Source of the DNA: a virus | Lineage: Duplodnaviria > Caudoviricetes | DNA: 64,000 nucleotides | IMG/VR virus record: IMGVR_UViG_3300030330_006886 | Location: 7,026 to 71,025 of that record | Direction: 5' to 3' (one strand) | In this document: positions 20,601 to 28,767 of the stretch, one piece after another | Position numbering within the stretch: position 1 is the first letter of the stretch | Layout of the letters: each line of letters starts with the position of its first letter | Notes under the pieces: model-generated | The model's database searches: none | The model's input: the letters and a program-made list of their open reading frames with translations, nothing else | What the model was told of the DNA's origin: nothing | Position numbers and translations under genes: made by a program

Positions 20601-22543
20601 ACTTTCTTAGCACTGTAGTTAGACGAAAAATTTTCAGCATTAAAAGCTCTAACTTTAATTGAGTATTGCCCGCCCTGTCGGGTTGAAGGAATCTGCAACT
20701 TTGGTTCAAACTCAGTTACAATTTCATTGTTAATATTTTTTGCAACTAAAGCCCCATCTGAATCGGGTAATAATTTATTATCTGCAACATAATTAGTTGT
20801 ATAACCTTCATTGCCAGTAAAATATATAAATCCACTTGTAGTATTACCAGCTGGAACAACTATTTTTTGTACATTAGAAAAACTGGTTGATAAGTTATTT
20901 AAATATTTACTGTCTAAATATATAGTATGAGCTAACCACTGTATACCACCATCTCCATATGCAGAAAATATATCAAAAATATTTCTTGAATAATTTATTG
21001 GAGAAACAGGGGTCAATGTAGCCTGGTCATTAGTCGCAATATTCGCTCCAGTTCCAGTAACCATATAATTTATACCAGAAACATTTGGAGCAGTAACAGT
21101 AAAGACTGTTGACTCTTTTTCAACTTCATCATCCAAAACTATTTCATAATTATTAACGCTAAATAATCTGTCCTTTTTCCACGTCAAATATGTATTAGTA
21201 ATGGTTTGGCCTTCAATATTTGTGCCAACAGTTTTAGTAGGATCAGTAACTAATCTGAATCCAGATGGAATATCTGGCGTTAATAAATTTTCTCCGACCC
21301 TAACTCCAGTAGCAAAAGAAACTGGGTCGCCAGTTCCAAATTCATCGTACGGAACAAATTTATAGTAATAACCTTTAAATGAATCTTCTTGAGTAAACAA
21401 GTCTCCATCAATTTTTATTTCGCCAAAACTACTCAAACGATTATCTGAAGCAGGAATCGTATGATTTTTTATTAAGTTGCTACTGCCTATATCATTTTTA
21501 ATTGCAAAATCTTGCGTTTCGTCACGATATACAGAAACTCCATTTAAACTTATATCTTCAAACGTTTGGCCCCTGAAACTTTTTGAAGGAGGATCTATTT
21601 GAAATGATATACCGTCATCTAAATCCACTAATGAAACATTACCCAATCTTGGTTGAGGAAAATCCACCATTAAGCGCCCTGTTGACCTATTACCATAATA
21701 GTCAACAGAAACAACTTCTACTTGATATTTTCTTTCTCCATTATTATCGAATATTTGCTGATTAAGCAGTCGCGGTATAGTGAGATTAGTAGAATCTGTA
21801 TATCCATACCTTCTACCAAGTCCAAACTCATTAATTTGCAAAAACGCGCCAGATCCAATACCTTTACCAGCTTGAGCAGCATCGCCGCTACCAGTTACCA
21901 GCAAAACAGTATCTTGAGTGTACCCACTACCACCAGAAACAATATCTAGATAAAATATACCAGATAAGTATCCAAGTCCACTTTCGGGCATAGAAAGAAC
22001 TGAACCACTTTTATGTAGTCCTGTTCCTAACGTACGAACTCTTATGTTTGCGCCAGTTCCAGATGGAACAGTATATTCCCCGTTTACTTTGGAACCCGTA
22101 ATAACAATTGTTGGATTAACATATCCAGATCCCCCAGATAATAAATCAATCTTTTGAATACTGCCATCTTGCTCAAAATTAATACCGCTATAAAACTTGC
22201 CTGTCGTATCGTAAAAATTTACTTCAAATCCCTGCAAATATCTTCCTATTAAAGCTGAGTCAGAAACTTGTAAGTTTGTGGCAGGATCTTTTACGCCCCA
22301 AGATATTGTTAAATCTTTTGTATCATATTGACCACTTGCAGAATAAATGCCTGTTGCACCCGTAGTATAATATCCATTATCTACCGCCCCAGAAAAAAGC
22401 TCGTGCGCTAAACCAGTAGAATGATCAAGAAACAAAGCTTGCGAGCTTTGTGTATGAACCTTGAATCCTGTGATCTCCCACTTTCTGCCAGTTACAGCAA
22501 AATAGTCGATTGGCGGTAAATAATAATTTCCTTCGATTGGCAT
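11672..22543 (-). CDS. Giant modular tail fibre (3623 aa)
   Basis: N-terminal SGGSGY and FN3-like segments, GG(x)N beta-helix-like repeats, many VGIGTT and SGD(A/T)S(I/V)TG motifs, C-terminal YKSFIIDHP...ETPEHNVFVRG domain; lies directly after the J-like gene. Confidence 0.85.
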   Translation of the reverse strand: MPIEGNYYLPPIDYFAVTGRKWEITGFKVHTQSSQALFLDHSTGLAHELFSGAVDNGYYTTGATGIYSASGQYDTKDLTISWGVKDPATNLQVSDSALIGRYLQGFEVNFYDTTGKFYSGINFEQDGSIQKIDLLSGGSGYVNPTIVITGSKVNGEYTVPSGTGANIRVRTLGTGLHKSGSVLSMPESGLGYLSGIFYLDIVSGGSGYTQDTVLLVTGSGDAAQAGKGIGSGAFLQINEFGLGRRYGYTDSTNLTIPRLLNQQIFDNNGERKYQVEVVSVDYYGNRSTGRLMVDFPQPRLGNVSLVDLDDGISFQIDPPSKSFRGQTFEDISLNGVSVYRDETQDFAIKNDIGSSNLIKNHTIPASDNRLSSFGEIKIDGDLFTQEDSFKGYYYKFVPYDEFGTGDPVSFATGVRVGENLLTPDIPSGFRLVTDPTKTVGTNIEGQTITNTYLTWKKDRLFSVNNYEIVLDDEVEKESTVFTVTAPNVSGINYMVTGTGANIATNDQATLTPVSPINYSRNIFDIFSAYGDGGIQWLAHTIYLDSKYLNNLSTSFSNVQKIVVPAGNTTSGFIYFTGNEGYTTNYVADNKLLPDSDGALVAKNINNEIVTEFEPKLQIPSTRQGGQYSIKVRAFNAENFSSNYSAKKVFTASGNASHFDFVPGQAGLRLGGTGTITKSGPFVTTVGGSGITAVGTGVVVVGGVNNRVTGELSALVGGSGNRILGAVGKPGEASFLGGGRENYISGNRNVLVGGDGNLVSGDGQALVGGYKNTIFGDSTDSSSGSLQFGETENDTDIPEAIFENSIIGGGQFNVMSGSTSFIGGGYKNTIGIDVTRSAAVYGEDIDSQDWVKKANRALNSSAIVGGRENQIFGNYNFIGGGYGNQIFEGGNQQQGAYSVIAGGQDNIITGTTTARSIILGGKDNINAGVNSIVGGIESTGQGNQSLALGSYGWAAHNGAFVLADSSRPDKVAGSYGHKKSLTANSLNLFFDNGTYVRNGDLYVSGDATISGDLKVSGSFTLGDATTDSLDSFGAISSTGSHISGLSGYFGKVGIGTTKMGANAKLVIQNGNVGIGTSSPEQALHVNSAGTNFVAKFESTDDKASILIEDDTTLNYIHSRNGYFSLGGASDAGATNLTITSAGGSAGSVGIGVTSPEAKLQVGGDASITGELRVDNDTLVVDAANDRVGIGTTTPSDLLHVYTSATLFQSWGNNSVIRANTGGDGLRIYNSDSGGTSLVVGTGPGDNGRNFVVGGGTVAKVGVGNYSDTNMQATFNVSGDASITGELRVAGDARVASDVHVGTDIIHDSDPDTYVRFNTDRIRLFAGGVELIDAREAGADYVAIGGLSTVSSDVNFFVNSAGAGGTDYAFAVDAGDSSVGININPANAKGSALVVSGDTSITGELRVNRSGLFVGGNAHAHASVGIGTLAPTSPLTIKSSSVSSAASALTIQGNSNTNDIVRIAEKSTDGGRFHMYDGGVEKIAFYTDGTANHISAGRFGIGTGSAATNLEVVQSDFSDALAITLTRNSDLNSLPNTQISRIQFRGKYTAAAPSNVGAIKCETNSSAFRTDLDFFVKAKGGNEERGLILHGTNDGVFVGMNTADPQCTLQVNERGGESKFEVDPANQRIRLRDNVFISGGATISGGAAAESGHLSVKGSGYFADGIVFGDGTTQTSASAGGGGGGAVSAVANGADNRVATFSSSDALNGEANLTFDGSKLAVNGDVIIGTGRTPLAALEVVSEDDVTMKVHRPNSALGFHDTVGIGFSQRHDYNSPSSDTRAGIFSVHNGNLFLATEAGGNLNTNPADHSRLWINGDDGEVLIGEGRGHAGALLTVSGDASITGDLSIAQKIIHGGDTDTFIQMLDDRMIFEVGGLQLIDAREAGADYVAIGGVGDNPDVNFLVGSAVNGIDYVVEVDAGTSTVGINCDPLDAKGSALVVSGDASVTGQLKVGEGIGLKNGYSLHWDNENTRIRASHANQFMGFDVGGTSNTIYLKPGKVGINWQPSTPNSMPSATLSVSGDASITGELRVGDNIRLEDDQYVQWGGTNSRIAGSEAGGYLAFLTSNSAKMRIVSDGKVGIGTNNPGSLLEIYENDSSAGNTQLHIHNDKTDDAAVIKLEGKRSSLNDCGQVLFANNGNNSAAIKAFSNSSTQEGILTFSISAPGSADTVTEAMRINNTGYVGIGTNNPDYRLTVNAGTTNEIARFKSTDNDALISISDNTDTVYVGLDASADIMSLGFSNSFASTNLNIDTAGNVGIGTNNPQELLHIDGASPRIRLRDDNAAGTPLAHIDASDGALKIQADSSNETAGSFLTLEVDGSEHVRVSGAKVGIGTTAPTGKLHIYQSGDSQPAFLVEGSQGSLFSVEDTLTGSLMSVNDIAGLPVFEAFDDGTIVMGQYNSGDLVVTGNKVGIGTSAPSKKLEVRGDVLIKGPSDSAATHSALRFQRGNAANDFAYIGFENLGLANDDFLISAGGNGNPLKFVAGTTAGSSSQIMFFKGATEAMQIDNLRHVHMRQDAYVSGNLYVSGSVVAADGTSPDHISGLSGYFGKVGIGSSSNPDNAQLYIAHGPTSVADVILESAAGRKTRLSAHDASNYLHVGSATNHDFHIVRNNSIRIAASSTQTTVYDAGGDFFVLKDGKLGIKVSSPTANLTVNGDASITGELRTDGRVGLGGVAPANSRGSFSDVVIGDPTSDNAQVEWYENNSSAAWSLYDNDRFSIWANYSSSWQERFFINLVDGSTNVTGALKVAGQITTDVDVVARDVYISEQLIHAGDTDTDIAFTSNRIKFNAGGVELIDAREAGTDYVAIGGVGDNPDVNFLVGSAVNGIDYVVEVDAGTSTVGINCDPLDAKGSALVVSGDASITGQLVVGGGQTSESIKLLRQSDTSPFISWHSDISTREAYIQGSPSHFYIVNQNNNNIELMTNGAVNFTVSPTATISRQNVGIGTTNPGEKLEIYGNGAALRFEAASTDQDPSAVIKFAENSTTDNHFRIEYDGSSTHDANGALIFGGYGATQTDEFAMINREGQMMVGNFHQGINGRPQATFTVSGDTSITGELRTNDNVIIANPSTRAEIELRNDGSVTDGTELGRVFANDGAGTYFAGMKMIYHDSNDGEIRLRYKIAGTNTDAVTFVDGNVGIGTTNPSGLLQVHGGSSAGSLYIQGAGANVAANLKLRHNGGGGRTNIDGEWNISFGSDETNFGDEISSSMDGGLVVWHQKGDGSFLDLARFKDDGRTVFNNYGVGIGVASFGGSMLAVNGDTSITGELRTAGDLNVAGEGEFATDIYVGDKIRHLGDSNTFLEFSNDLIYLKAGDVNLLELREVGTDYVAVGGLASSTADVNFYVNTEVAGQDYAFVVDAGLPAVGINIDPNNAKGSALVVSGDASVTGELRAVDAIFGGASQTRLKVYNDGTYAGIQADGGGLHESIYFGDSRTFIKGGEKEGIRITSSELVVGHQKEDLNFRVAGTAGQDNMIFVDAGNNLVGFGTNSPSASYTVTVSGGLAADYKSFIIDHPDPAKPDKQLAYASSETPEHNVFVRGKAQSKIIELPDHWPYLVHEDSISVQLTPIGEHQELYVESIKDNKILINNNKENKINCFYLVHAERKDIGKLEIEPDKSVNKDGENGE
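11698..11703 (-). promoter_or_regulatory. GTGTAA motif embedded in the fibre gene's last codons
   Basis: AGTGTAAATAAGGA, 15 nt upstream of ATG 11682. Confidence 0.55.
12385..18580 (-). repeat. Four dispersed copies of a ~75 aa module inside the giant fibre
   Basis: Copies at about 18343-18580, 16711-16930, 13955-14190 and 12385-12620, pattern (IDAREAG/LELREVG)xDYVA(I/V)GG...V(G)IN..P..AKGSALVVSGD. Confidence 0.85.
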
Positions 22544-22544
22544 T

Positions 22545-25500
22545 TTAGTAGTATATTAAATCCAAATTTCCATTCGAGTCTATAGAGTATACTGCAACAT
22601 CTACTTCGCCCGAATAATTTCCTATGTTTACACTTACTGAAGTATCAACAACTTCAGAATTAGCATCTTTTGCATCTTTTTCTAGCACTATCTTTTTGCC
22701 AGATGAAGTTGAGCCCGAACCTTGGCCTTGTAAAGTTATTACAATTTTATATTTATCTGGAGTTACAGGTATTGGCTCCCACGATACACTTAATTCTCTT
22801 TCCAAACCTCCATTTAAAGAAGTTATTGAAATTCTGGGCACGCCGATTGGCTTGGCAGGTCTAGAATAAGTCAAAGGACTTTTTGAATAATTTATATTGA
22901 GTTTTCTGTTGATTTTGTTGTCAGACAAATCATATTTTGATTCAATATACCTAACTCCCTGAACTTCATATTCTAAATCATTTGTTTGACCAACATTAAC
23001 AACCTTAAATGTGTCTTCTTGAATTTTGACGTCGGTACCTTTTTGATTTAATATAAAAATTGATCCAATATTAATTTTTCCAAAATCATCTAAGGAACTA
23101 CCATTTACTTCCTCTAACTCCACTATTCTATTTTCATGCGGTACAATAGATTTGTCTGCGGTAATACTTTTTATTTTAAATTCTTCTACTTGCGATTTTC
23201 GTATATTTGATATTTCTTCATCAGTCACAGTTTTTTGCTTAATCGAGCCTTCATCTGTGATGGTAATTTTATCTACCTTTCTGTTCAAAGCGTCAGAAAA
23301 TTCAAAATCTTGTATAATTGTGATAAAAATACTTTCGCCAACATAATCTTCTGACAAGTTTAAGTCAACTTTTATTTTCTGTTCTCCAGAAACAAAATCA
23401 ACAACTCTTCCGCCAAACCTTTTCTGGGTCCTAGTCTTGTCTATTACCTTAAATACATCTCCAGGCCTTAAATACGCGCATTCTTTGCCTCCAGAAAATT
23501 CTACAGTTTCTGTTTCGTACTGAGCTGAAAATAAAAACCAACGACCTAGTCTTCGCGCTTGAGATCTTGAAGCGCAGCCAAATGCTACTAAATCTTTTTC
23601 TATAATACCATATTTAACAATTCCATCTGGGTCTTCAACATATTCTATTTTAGGTTTATAATTTTCATATTTATCTACATATCTTACAATGCATGTTGTG
23701 AACCTATCAGATCTAGATGAACCAGAATAACTAAAATTACCATCTTTAACGTTTGCGTTTGTAAAGTTTAATATTGCATCACGTTTTTTATCAAAATGTG
23801 CGAATATTTTACCGTTCGCAAAATATGTGATACCTCTAAATATAGAAGCTACGTCATTTAATATTTTATACGCATCTACTTGAGTAGTAATATATAGATT
23901 AGCAGAAAACCTTGGCTCAAGAATATCAAAGTTTCCATAAAATTCTGTTGCCGCAAGACCAGAAGCAGAAGTGCTATTTATTTTCTGCCTAACGTCAAAA
24001 TTTTGAGTAATCAAAGAATTTTTATTTGCAGGATCGTCCATAAATTGCAATATTAACTGAGTATCTGTTGCATTCTTTTCAAAAAAGTTTGCATTAACAT
24101 TTTGTTTTTTAGACCTCAACAAATCAGATATTCCTGGTTGTATTCTTAAGCACTCTTCTGGAGAAATTAGTTTATGCAATTCTATTATTGCCGAACCAGC
24201 AGAATTTTCATCACTTCCTCTGTAGCTTCTTAATTTATTTGGATTAGAAGTAGAATATCTTTCATTTGTTTGTACAAGCGCCGAACTACCACTACCAGTT
24301 TTTTCTCTTGAATACTTTCTTAAATATTTTATTCTTCTATGAACGGGTTCTTTTTCATCATTTAAATCGTACAGTGCTATTGTTGAATACTCTGGAAATT
24401 CTTTTTCAAATTCCGCTTGATTTAAGAATCCATCAATTTGTATCCTAGAGCTGCCATGTTTTGGATTGCTACTTACCGTAAATTTTTTAGGCTTGTATTT
24501 TGGATCTAAACCAGTTTTAACTTTTTCATCACAATATTTAGCTATTTCATATAAATTCCATTTATCAATAGATTCGGCATTCAAACCAAATTTGCCCATG
24601 CCATACCTTTTGTTTGTCACTAAATCGTAAAATATCCACGCAGGGTTATCGGTCCACTGTAGTTCAGCAGAGTCAAATTCTGCATTTTCATCAAATCTAA
24701 ATGATTCATCAACTATTGCTTCTGCAAAATCAAATATGTCTGTAGAATTATTATCTCTGTCGTCGCCTTTTATATAAAATTGTGTTGTAAAATCGTTTTT
24801 TATTAAATCTCTTAAATTATCTGGATTAACGCCAGTGCCTCCTCTTGGATGCGCTTTGGTATTAAATGATTCTATGTATTTTGCTTTTTTGGAAACTACA
24901 ATTTCATCCATATAACCATTAAAACTCGTAGCATAAACTTTATTATCTTTTGACACATATGGAGTTTTTGTGCCACCGATTTGTATTTCTCCTCTAGTTG
25001 CATTTTCTCCCGACAAATATTTAAAGCCAAAAATAGGCCTTTTATCAATAGTAATTGAAGCTTCTCTAGTTCCGTCAACGAACATGTACATATCATCTCC
25101 GTTTCTTACAACCGCAATATGATGCCAAGCATCGTCGGCAATATTTGTAGTGCTCGTTATATCAGCTTGTAGTTGCAGTTTAAGATCAGAAAATTCTGGA
25201 ACCAGATTCGACGTAGTTCCCGAGCTGCTATTAAAAGTTTGAAAACTAATACCTCCAACAGGACTAAATGCTCGAAACCTAACTTTTCCTAAATCAGTAA
25301 AATCAGGATCAGAACTATTCTTAGTTCCTACCTCAATTCTCCAGGAGCCGCCAAAAAGATTAGCAAAAGTACTGTGAACACTATCTCTTTGCAATTCTTT
25401 TTGAATTTGATCTGATATTACAGTCATTTCGGCTAGACCAGGGATTCCACCATTTCCATCCCAATTAATTGAACTATTTTCTTCTGAAGCAATTAGCACC

Positions 25501-27332
25501 TTAGGCACCCCCTCTACGCCACTAGAAGAGTCGACGCCGCTACTTGCAACTTTTAAATTATAAACGTTTTGAACTTGCGCAGCACTAGCTTTTACATAAA
25601 ACTCAATAGTAAAGTTAACTCCATCAAAAGTACCGAGAGGCGCCTCGGGCGTCACTGAAAGATCTCCACGAGTTGTTGGATTAGAAACTGTTGAAAAGCT
25701 ATCCCTAACTAATAAAACTTTTCCAGTTTCTGCGTCTGTGCCAAAAGTGTCTGAGCTTGGAAAAAATATTGAGCCGCTTCCAAACTTTTTAGTCCCAGTT
25801 TTTACTTTGACAGATCCATCTGAGTTGATAACGGTTTTTGCTTCTCTGAGTTTATAAGAAGATAAAGATGCTCCAGTCAATTCATTTCCAGTTAAAGAAG
25901 ATGTATTGATAACATCTTTAGTTTTAAACTTGCCATTCCAATTACCAACATACTCTTTTGTATCAGGTAAATAATTAGAAGGCACTTTCATTTTTAAAAG
26001 TTTTAATAAATACTTTCTATCTGGAACATTCGCAAATGCTCTAGAATCAAGAGTGGTGCCAATGATTGCAGAATCTGGATAGTATAATTTACAAGATACT
26101 GTTTCTACAATTGAATGCAAGCTTGATGCTGCCATAATCGAATCTTTTCCGCCTCTAAACTCTTCATCGGGATCTATTCTTGAAATTCTTATTACTCTTT
26201 TTTTACCTTTTGGATTTGGAGGTAGGTGGATTTTAGTCTCAAATAGATAATCGCTGGTCGCAAGTCCAGAAACTTTTCTAATAAAATAACCACCAGTATC
26301 ATTTTCTATTAATTCGTGGGGAACGTAACCGCGGACAGTATTATAAAATTGACCATTGATAGCAAATTTTGCACCATCAGCGGCTCCTTCTGCGTTTTCT
26401 GCCATCTCAGGAGTAACCTCTAGTATTGGCGGCTGATTAATTGAAGGTTCTCCTTCGTTATTAACATAAATTAAAAAACTAAGATCTGCTGGTTTAGTTT
26501 TCGTAGTTCTTTTTCCTACAACATTTTTACTTAAAGCCTGGACGTTAATCACGATCGAAACAATATCTACATTTGTATCAGTAATTGTGTGCACTACTGG
26601 ATGCATATGCCTCTCCAGCTTTTTAAACTTTTCATGTAATGCAACTTTTTGCTCTGTAAAAACTTTTACGATACCCGCTACACCTTTTGCATCTTGTAAT
26701 TCTATTGCTACTCCAGCGGCTTTTAATATGTCATCAAACTTTCCATCTTTGCCCATTTGTATATTAAAATGATCTCCCTCATATGCATTTGGGCCTAGTT
26801 CCCTAGAATATGTTGATACTGGAGCTAGCTCGTTTGGCAAAGTTGTTTTAGGCACATCACTATTTGCAGGAAAAAGTTGAGAGTTGTAGAAAATAGTTTT
26901 ACCGTGACTTTTATAAGAATTTGGAAAAGGATCCTGCCTGGTTATTCCTTCTCTAAAATCAGCATCAAAGACCCTAAAGTTAAACGTATTATCTCTTTCA
27001 TTTAATACTGGAGTATCATTTAAAAATATTGATTTTAAATACTGTAAATTCTGTGAGCGCAATGCAGAAAAAAATCTGATAGTATTTCCAGCTTTGTCAG
27101 AAAAACCTTCGATTGGACCTTCACAAATTAAATCAACTATTTTTGACAAGCTTGCAGATTCAAAATACTGATCTTCACCTTTTTTGTTAGCCTTACTGAC
27201 AAAGGGAGTTTCTTTTCTTATCGCGGTATCGAGTTTCCAATCATAATAAGGATAAGTATAAGAATCATAGGTTCCACCATGTATTCCTAATACGGCATTA
27301 AACTTTTTACCTAAACCTACATTAGTAGCCAT
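22545..27332 (-). CDS. Tail tip/central fibre protein, lambda J-like, with LamG insertion
   Basis: DLICEGPIEG, WTDNPAWIFYDLVTNKRYGMG, IDKWNLYEIAKYCDE, PRFSAN, GCASRSQARRLGRW and LRPGDVF match lambda J family motifs; C-terminal FN3-like domain. Confidence 0.9.
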   Translation of the reverse strand: MATNVGLGKKFNAVLGIHGGTYDSYTYPYYDWKLDTAIRKETPFVSKANKKGEDQYFESASLSKIVDLICEGPIEGFSDKAGNTIRFFSALRSQNLQYLKSIFLNDTPVLNERDNTFNFRVFDADFREGITRQDPFPNSYKSHGKTIFYNSQLFPANSDVPKTTLPNELAPVSTYSRELGPNAYEGDHFNIQMGKDGKFDDILKAAGVAIELQDAKGVAGIVKVFTEQKVALHEKFKKLERHMHPVVHTITDTNVDIVSIVINVQALSKNVVGKRTTKTKPADLSFLIYVNNEGEPSINQPPILEVTPEMAENAEGAADGAKFAINGQFYNTVRGYVPHELIENDTGGYFIRKVSGLATSDYLFETKIHLPPNPKGKKRVIRISRIDPDEEFRGGKDSIMAASSLHSIVETVSCKLYYPDSAIIGTTLDSRAFANVPDRKYLLKLLKMKVPSNYLPDTKEYVGNWNGKFKTKDVINTSSLTGNELTGASLSSYKLREAKTVINSDGSVKVKTGTKKFGSGSIFFPSSDTFGTDAETGKVLLVRDSFSTVSNPTTRGDLSVTPEAPLGTFDGVNFTIEFYVKASAAQVQNVYNLKVASSGVDSSSGVEGVPKVLIASEENSSINWDGNGGIPGLAEMTVISDQIQKELQRDSVHSTFANLFGGSWRIEVGTKNSSDPDFTDLGKVRFRAFSPVGGISFQTFNSSSGTTSNLVPEFSDLKLQLQADITSTTNIADDAWHHIAVVRNGDDMYMFVDGTREASITIDKRPIFGFKYLSGENATRGEIQIGGTKTPYVSKDNKVYATSFNGYMDEIVVSKKAKYIESFNTKAHPRGGTGVNPDNLRDLIKNDFTTQFYIKGDDRDNNSTDIFDFAEAIVDESFRFDENAEFDSAELQWTDNPAWIFYDLVTNKRYGMGKFGLNAESIDKWNLYEIAKYCDEKVKTGLDPKYKPKKFTVSSNPKHGSSRIQIDGFLNQAEFEKEFPEYSTIALYDLNDEKEPVHRRIKYLRKYSREKTGSGSSALVQTNERYSTSNPNKLRSYRGSDENSAGSAIIELHKLISPEECLRIQPGISDLLRSKKQNVNANFFEKNATDTQLILQFMDDPANKNSLITQNFDVRQKINSTSASGLAATEFYGNFDILEPRFSANLYITTQVDAYKILNDVASIFRGITYFANGKIFAHFDKKRDAILNFTNANVKDGNFSYSGSSRSDRFTTCIVRYVDKYENYKPKIEYVEDPDGIVKYGIIEKDLVAFGCASRSQARRLGRWFLFSAQYETETVEFSGGKECAYLRPGDVFKVIDKTRTQKRFGGRVVDFVSGEQKIKVDLNLSEDYVGESIFITIIQDFEFSDALNRKVDKITITDEGSIKQKTVTDEEISNIRKSQVEEFKIKSITADKSIVPHENRIVELEEVNGSSLDDFGKINIGSIFILNQKGTDVKIQEDTFKVVNVGQTNDLEYEVQGVRYIESKYDLSDNKINRKLNINYSKSPLTYSRPAKPIGVPRISITSLNGGLERELSVSWEPIPVTPDKYKIVITLQGQGSGSTSSGKKIVLEKDAKDANSEVVDTSVSVNIGNYSGEVDVAVYSIDSNGNLDLIYY

Positions 27333-27335
27333 AAA

Positions 27336-28010
27336 TTATCCTCCTGCTCCTCCGCCAGAATCTTGATCTAGAGAAAATACTCCTGCTGGATCTGTATTTT
27401 CTAAGTAAACTTTTGTGTCTCCCAAGTTTTCTTGATACTTGGACACATTGCCTAAATTCTTAAAAAACCTAACGTGAGATTGTGAAGAACTGACATCACT
27501 AGTCGTATCGACTCTATGTCTATCAATATGTTCCATTGTGGCACTAGCAACCACAGAACCAACCAAAAGCCTTCCATAACCTAAAGGTACTGGAACTCCT
27601 TGTTGCGCTACGTTTTCTCCGCCAGAAAATAAAAATGATTTACTTTGCTTTTCTTCTTCTGGTTTTGGCGGTTTAAAAAGAGCTCGCATAATAAATCCAG
27701 TTGCAAGACTAACAATTAACGGAACAACAAAAGCTTGTAAAGCTCCTTCTGCATTCGGTATTATATGAAATTCTTTACATTTTTTTGGTAAAGGCACAAT
27801 TAACTCTTCTTTGGATTGTATTGTATGTTCTTCGTTGTCAAGAAGAAAAGAAAAAGTTTTGTTTTCTTGAAGATTATCTAATAAATAGTCGAAAAAGCCT
27901 CCAACATTTGCATCAATTGCTCTCAACGCTTCTGTTATTGAATCCACCTCGAGTAGCCATTTTTCTCCAAACATTTTACCAATTTTTCCATGTAAATGTA
28001 TAGTTTTCAT
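27336..28010 (-). CDS. Tail tip assembly protein, lambda I-like
   Basis: IHLHGKIGKMFG...EALRAI; SFLFSGGENVAQQGVPVPLGYGRLLVGS. Confidence 0.9.
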   Translation of the reverse strand: MKTIHLHGKIGKMFGEKWLLEVDSITEALRAIDANVGGFFDYLLDNLQENKTFSFLLDNEEHTIQSKEELIVPLPKKCKEFHIIPNAEGALQAFVVPLIVSLATGFIMRALFKPPKPEEEKQSKSFLFSGGENVAQQGVPVPLGYGRLLVGSVVASATMEHIDRHRVDTTSDVSSSQSHVRFFKNLGNVSKYQENLGDTKVYLENTDPAGVFSLDQDSGGGAGG

Positions 28011-28030
28011 CCTTAGACCGTTAAGTATTA

Positions 28031-28036
28031 TTACAC
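28031..28036 (-). promoter_or_regulatory. GTGTAA motif
   Basis: TAGTGTAATAATAC, overlapping the K stop, 20 nt upstream of ATG 28010. Confidence 0.6.
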
Positions 28037-28767
28037 TATTTATTTGCTATTCTATATACACTATGTATTTTTTTTAAAAAAACATCATCAAGCATTCTTT
28101 TTGAAGACAAAGTGCCTTGCTGATGATGCATAAACTGATTATCATCTAACATTATTCCAAAATGAGATATAGATGCATTTTCGGCAAAAAATATTAAAAG
28201 ATCGTTCGTTTGAGCCAAATTGTTAGATATTCTTTGTATGTCATTTTTTTTAAAAAAATTTTTAAATTTATCTAGAACGCTTGAGTCATATTGATATTCG
28301 CTTGACCTTTTTAAGTAAAAATTAAAGTCACAATGATTTAAAAGGCCAATTGAAATATAATAATCATATACAAACTTCCAACAATTTTGAAAATGTTCTA
28401 TATAGTCACGTCCAATTAATGGCGGCAATGAATATGTTGTGGGAAAAAATATGTTAAAATTGTCTGTTTCTAATGCGTATAAGCAAATAGGAATGCACAA
28501 CTCTTCAGATTGATCAATATCTTTTTGAGAGAATATGGCGTCACCAACTGGGTGAGAATGATATAAACAGACTATATCATACTTTTTCTTTACTTCTAAA
28601 AATTTATAAGGACAAATTTTAAATCCCTCTTTTGGATAATCATATATGTTTTCGCAAGGTATTATTATTAACTGTTTTAAATTGTCTAAAACAATAAATC
28701 CACAACATTCTTTTTCTGGTTCAATTTTAGCATGAGTAATTAGAAGAGTTTCTATTTTTTTATCCAT
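28036..28767 (-). CDS. Tail tip assembly protein, lambda K-like (JAB/MPN plus NlpC/P60)
   Basis: ECCGF and YHSHP...FSQKD JAMM motif; NCW (Cys) and HFGI...MHH NlpC/P60 residues. Confidence 0.9.
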   Translation of the reverse strand: MDKKIETLLITHAKIEPEKECCGFIVLDNLKQLIIIPCENIYDYPKEGFKICPYKFLEVKKKYDIVCLYHSHPVGDAIFSQKDIDQSEELCIPICLYALETDNFNIFFPTTYSLPPLIGRDYIEHFQNCWKFVYDYYISIGLLNHCDFNFYLKRSSEYQYDSSVLDKFKNFFKKNDIQRISNNLAQTNDLLIFFAENASISHFGIMLDDNQFMHHQQGTLSSKRMLDDVFLKKIHSVYRIANK

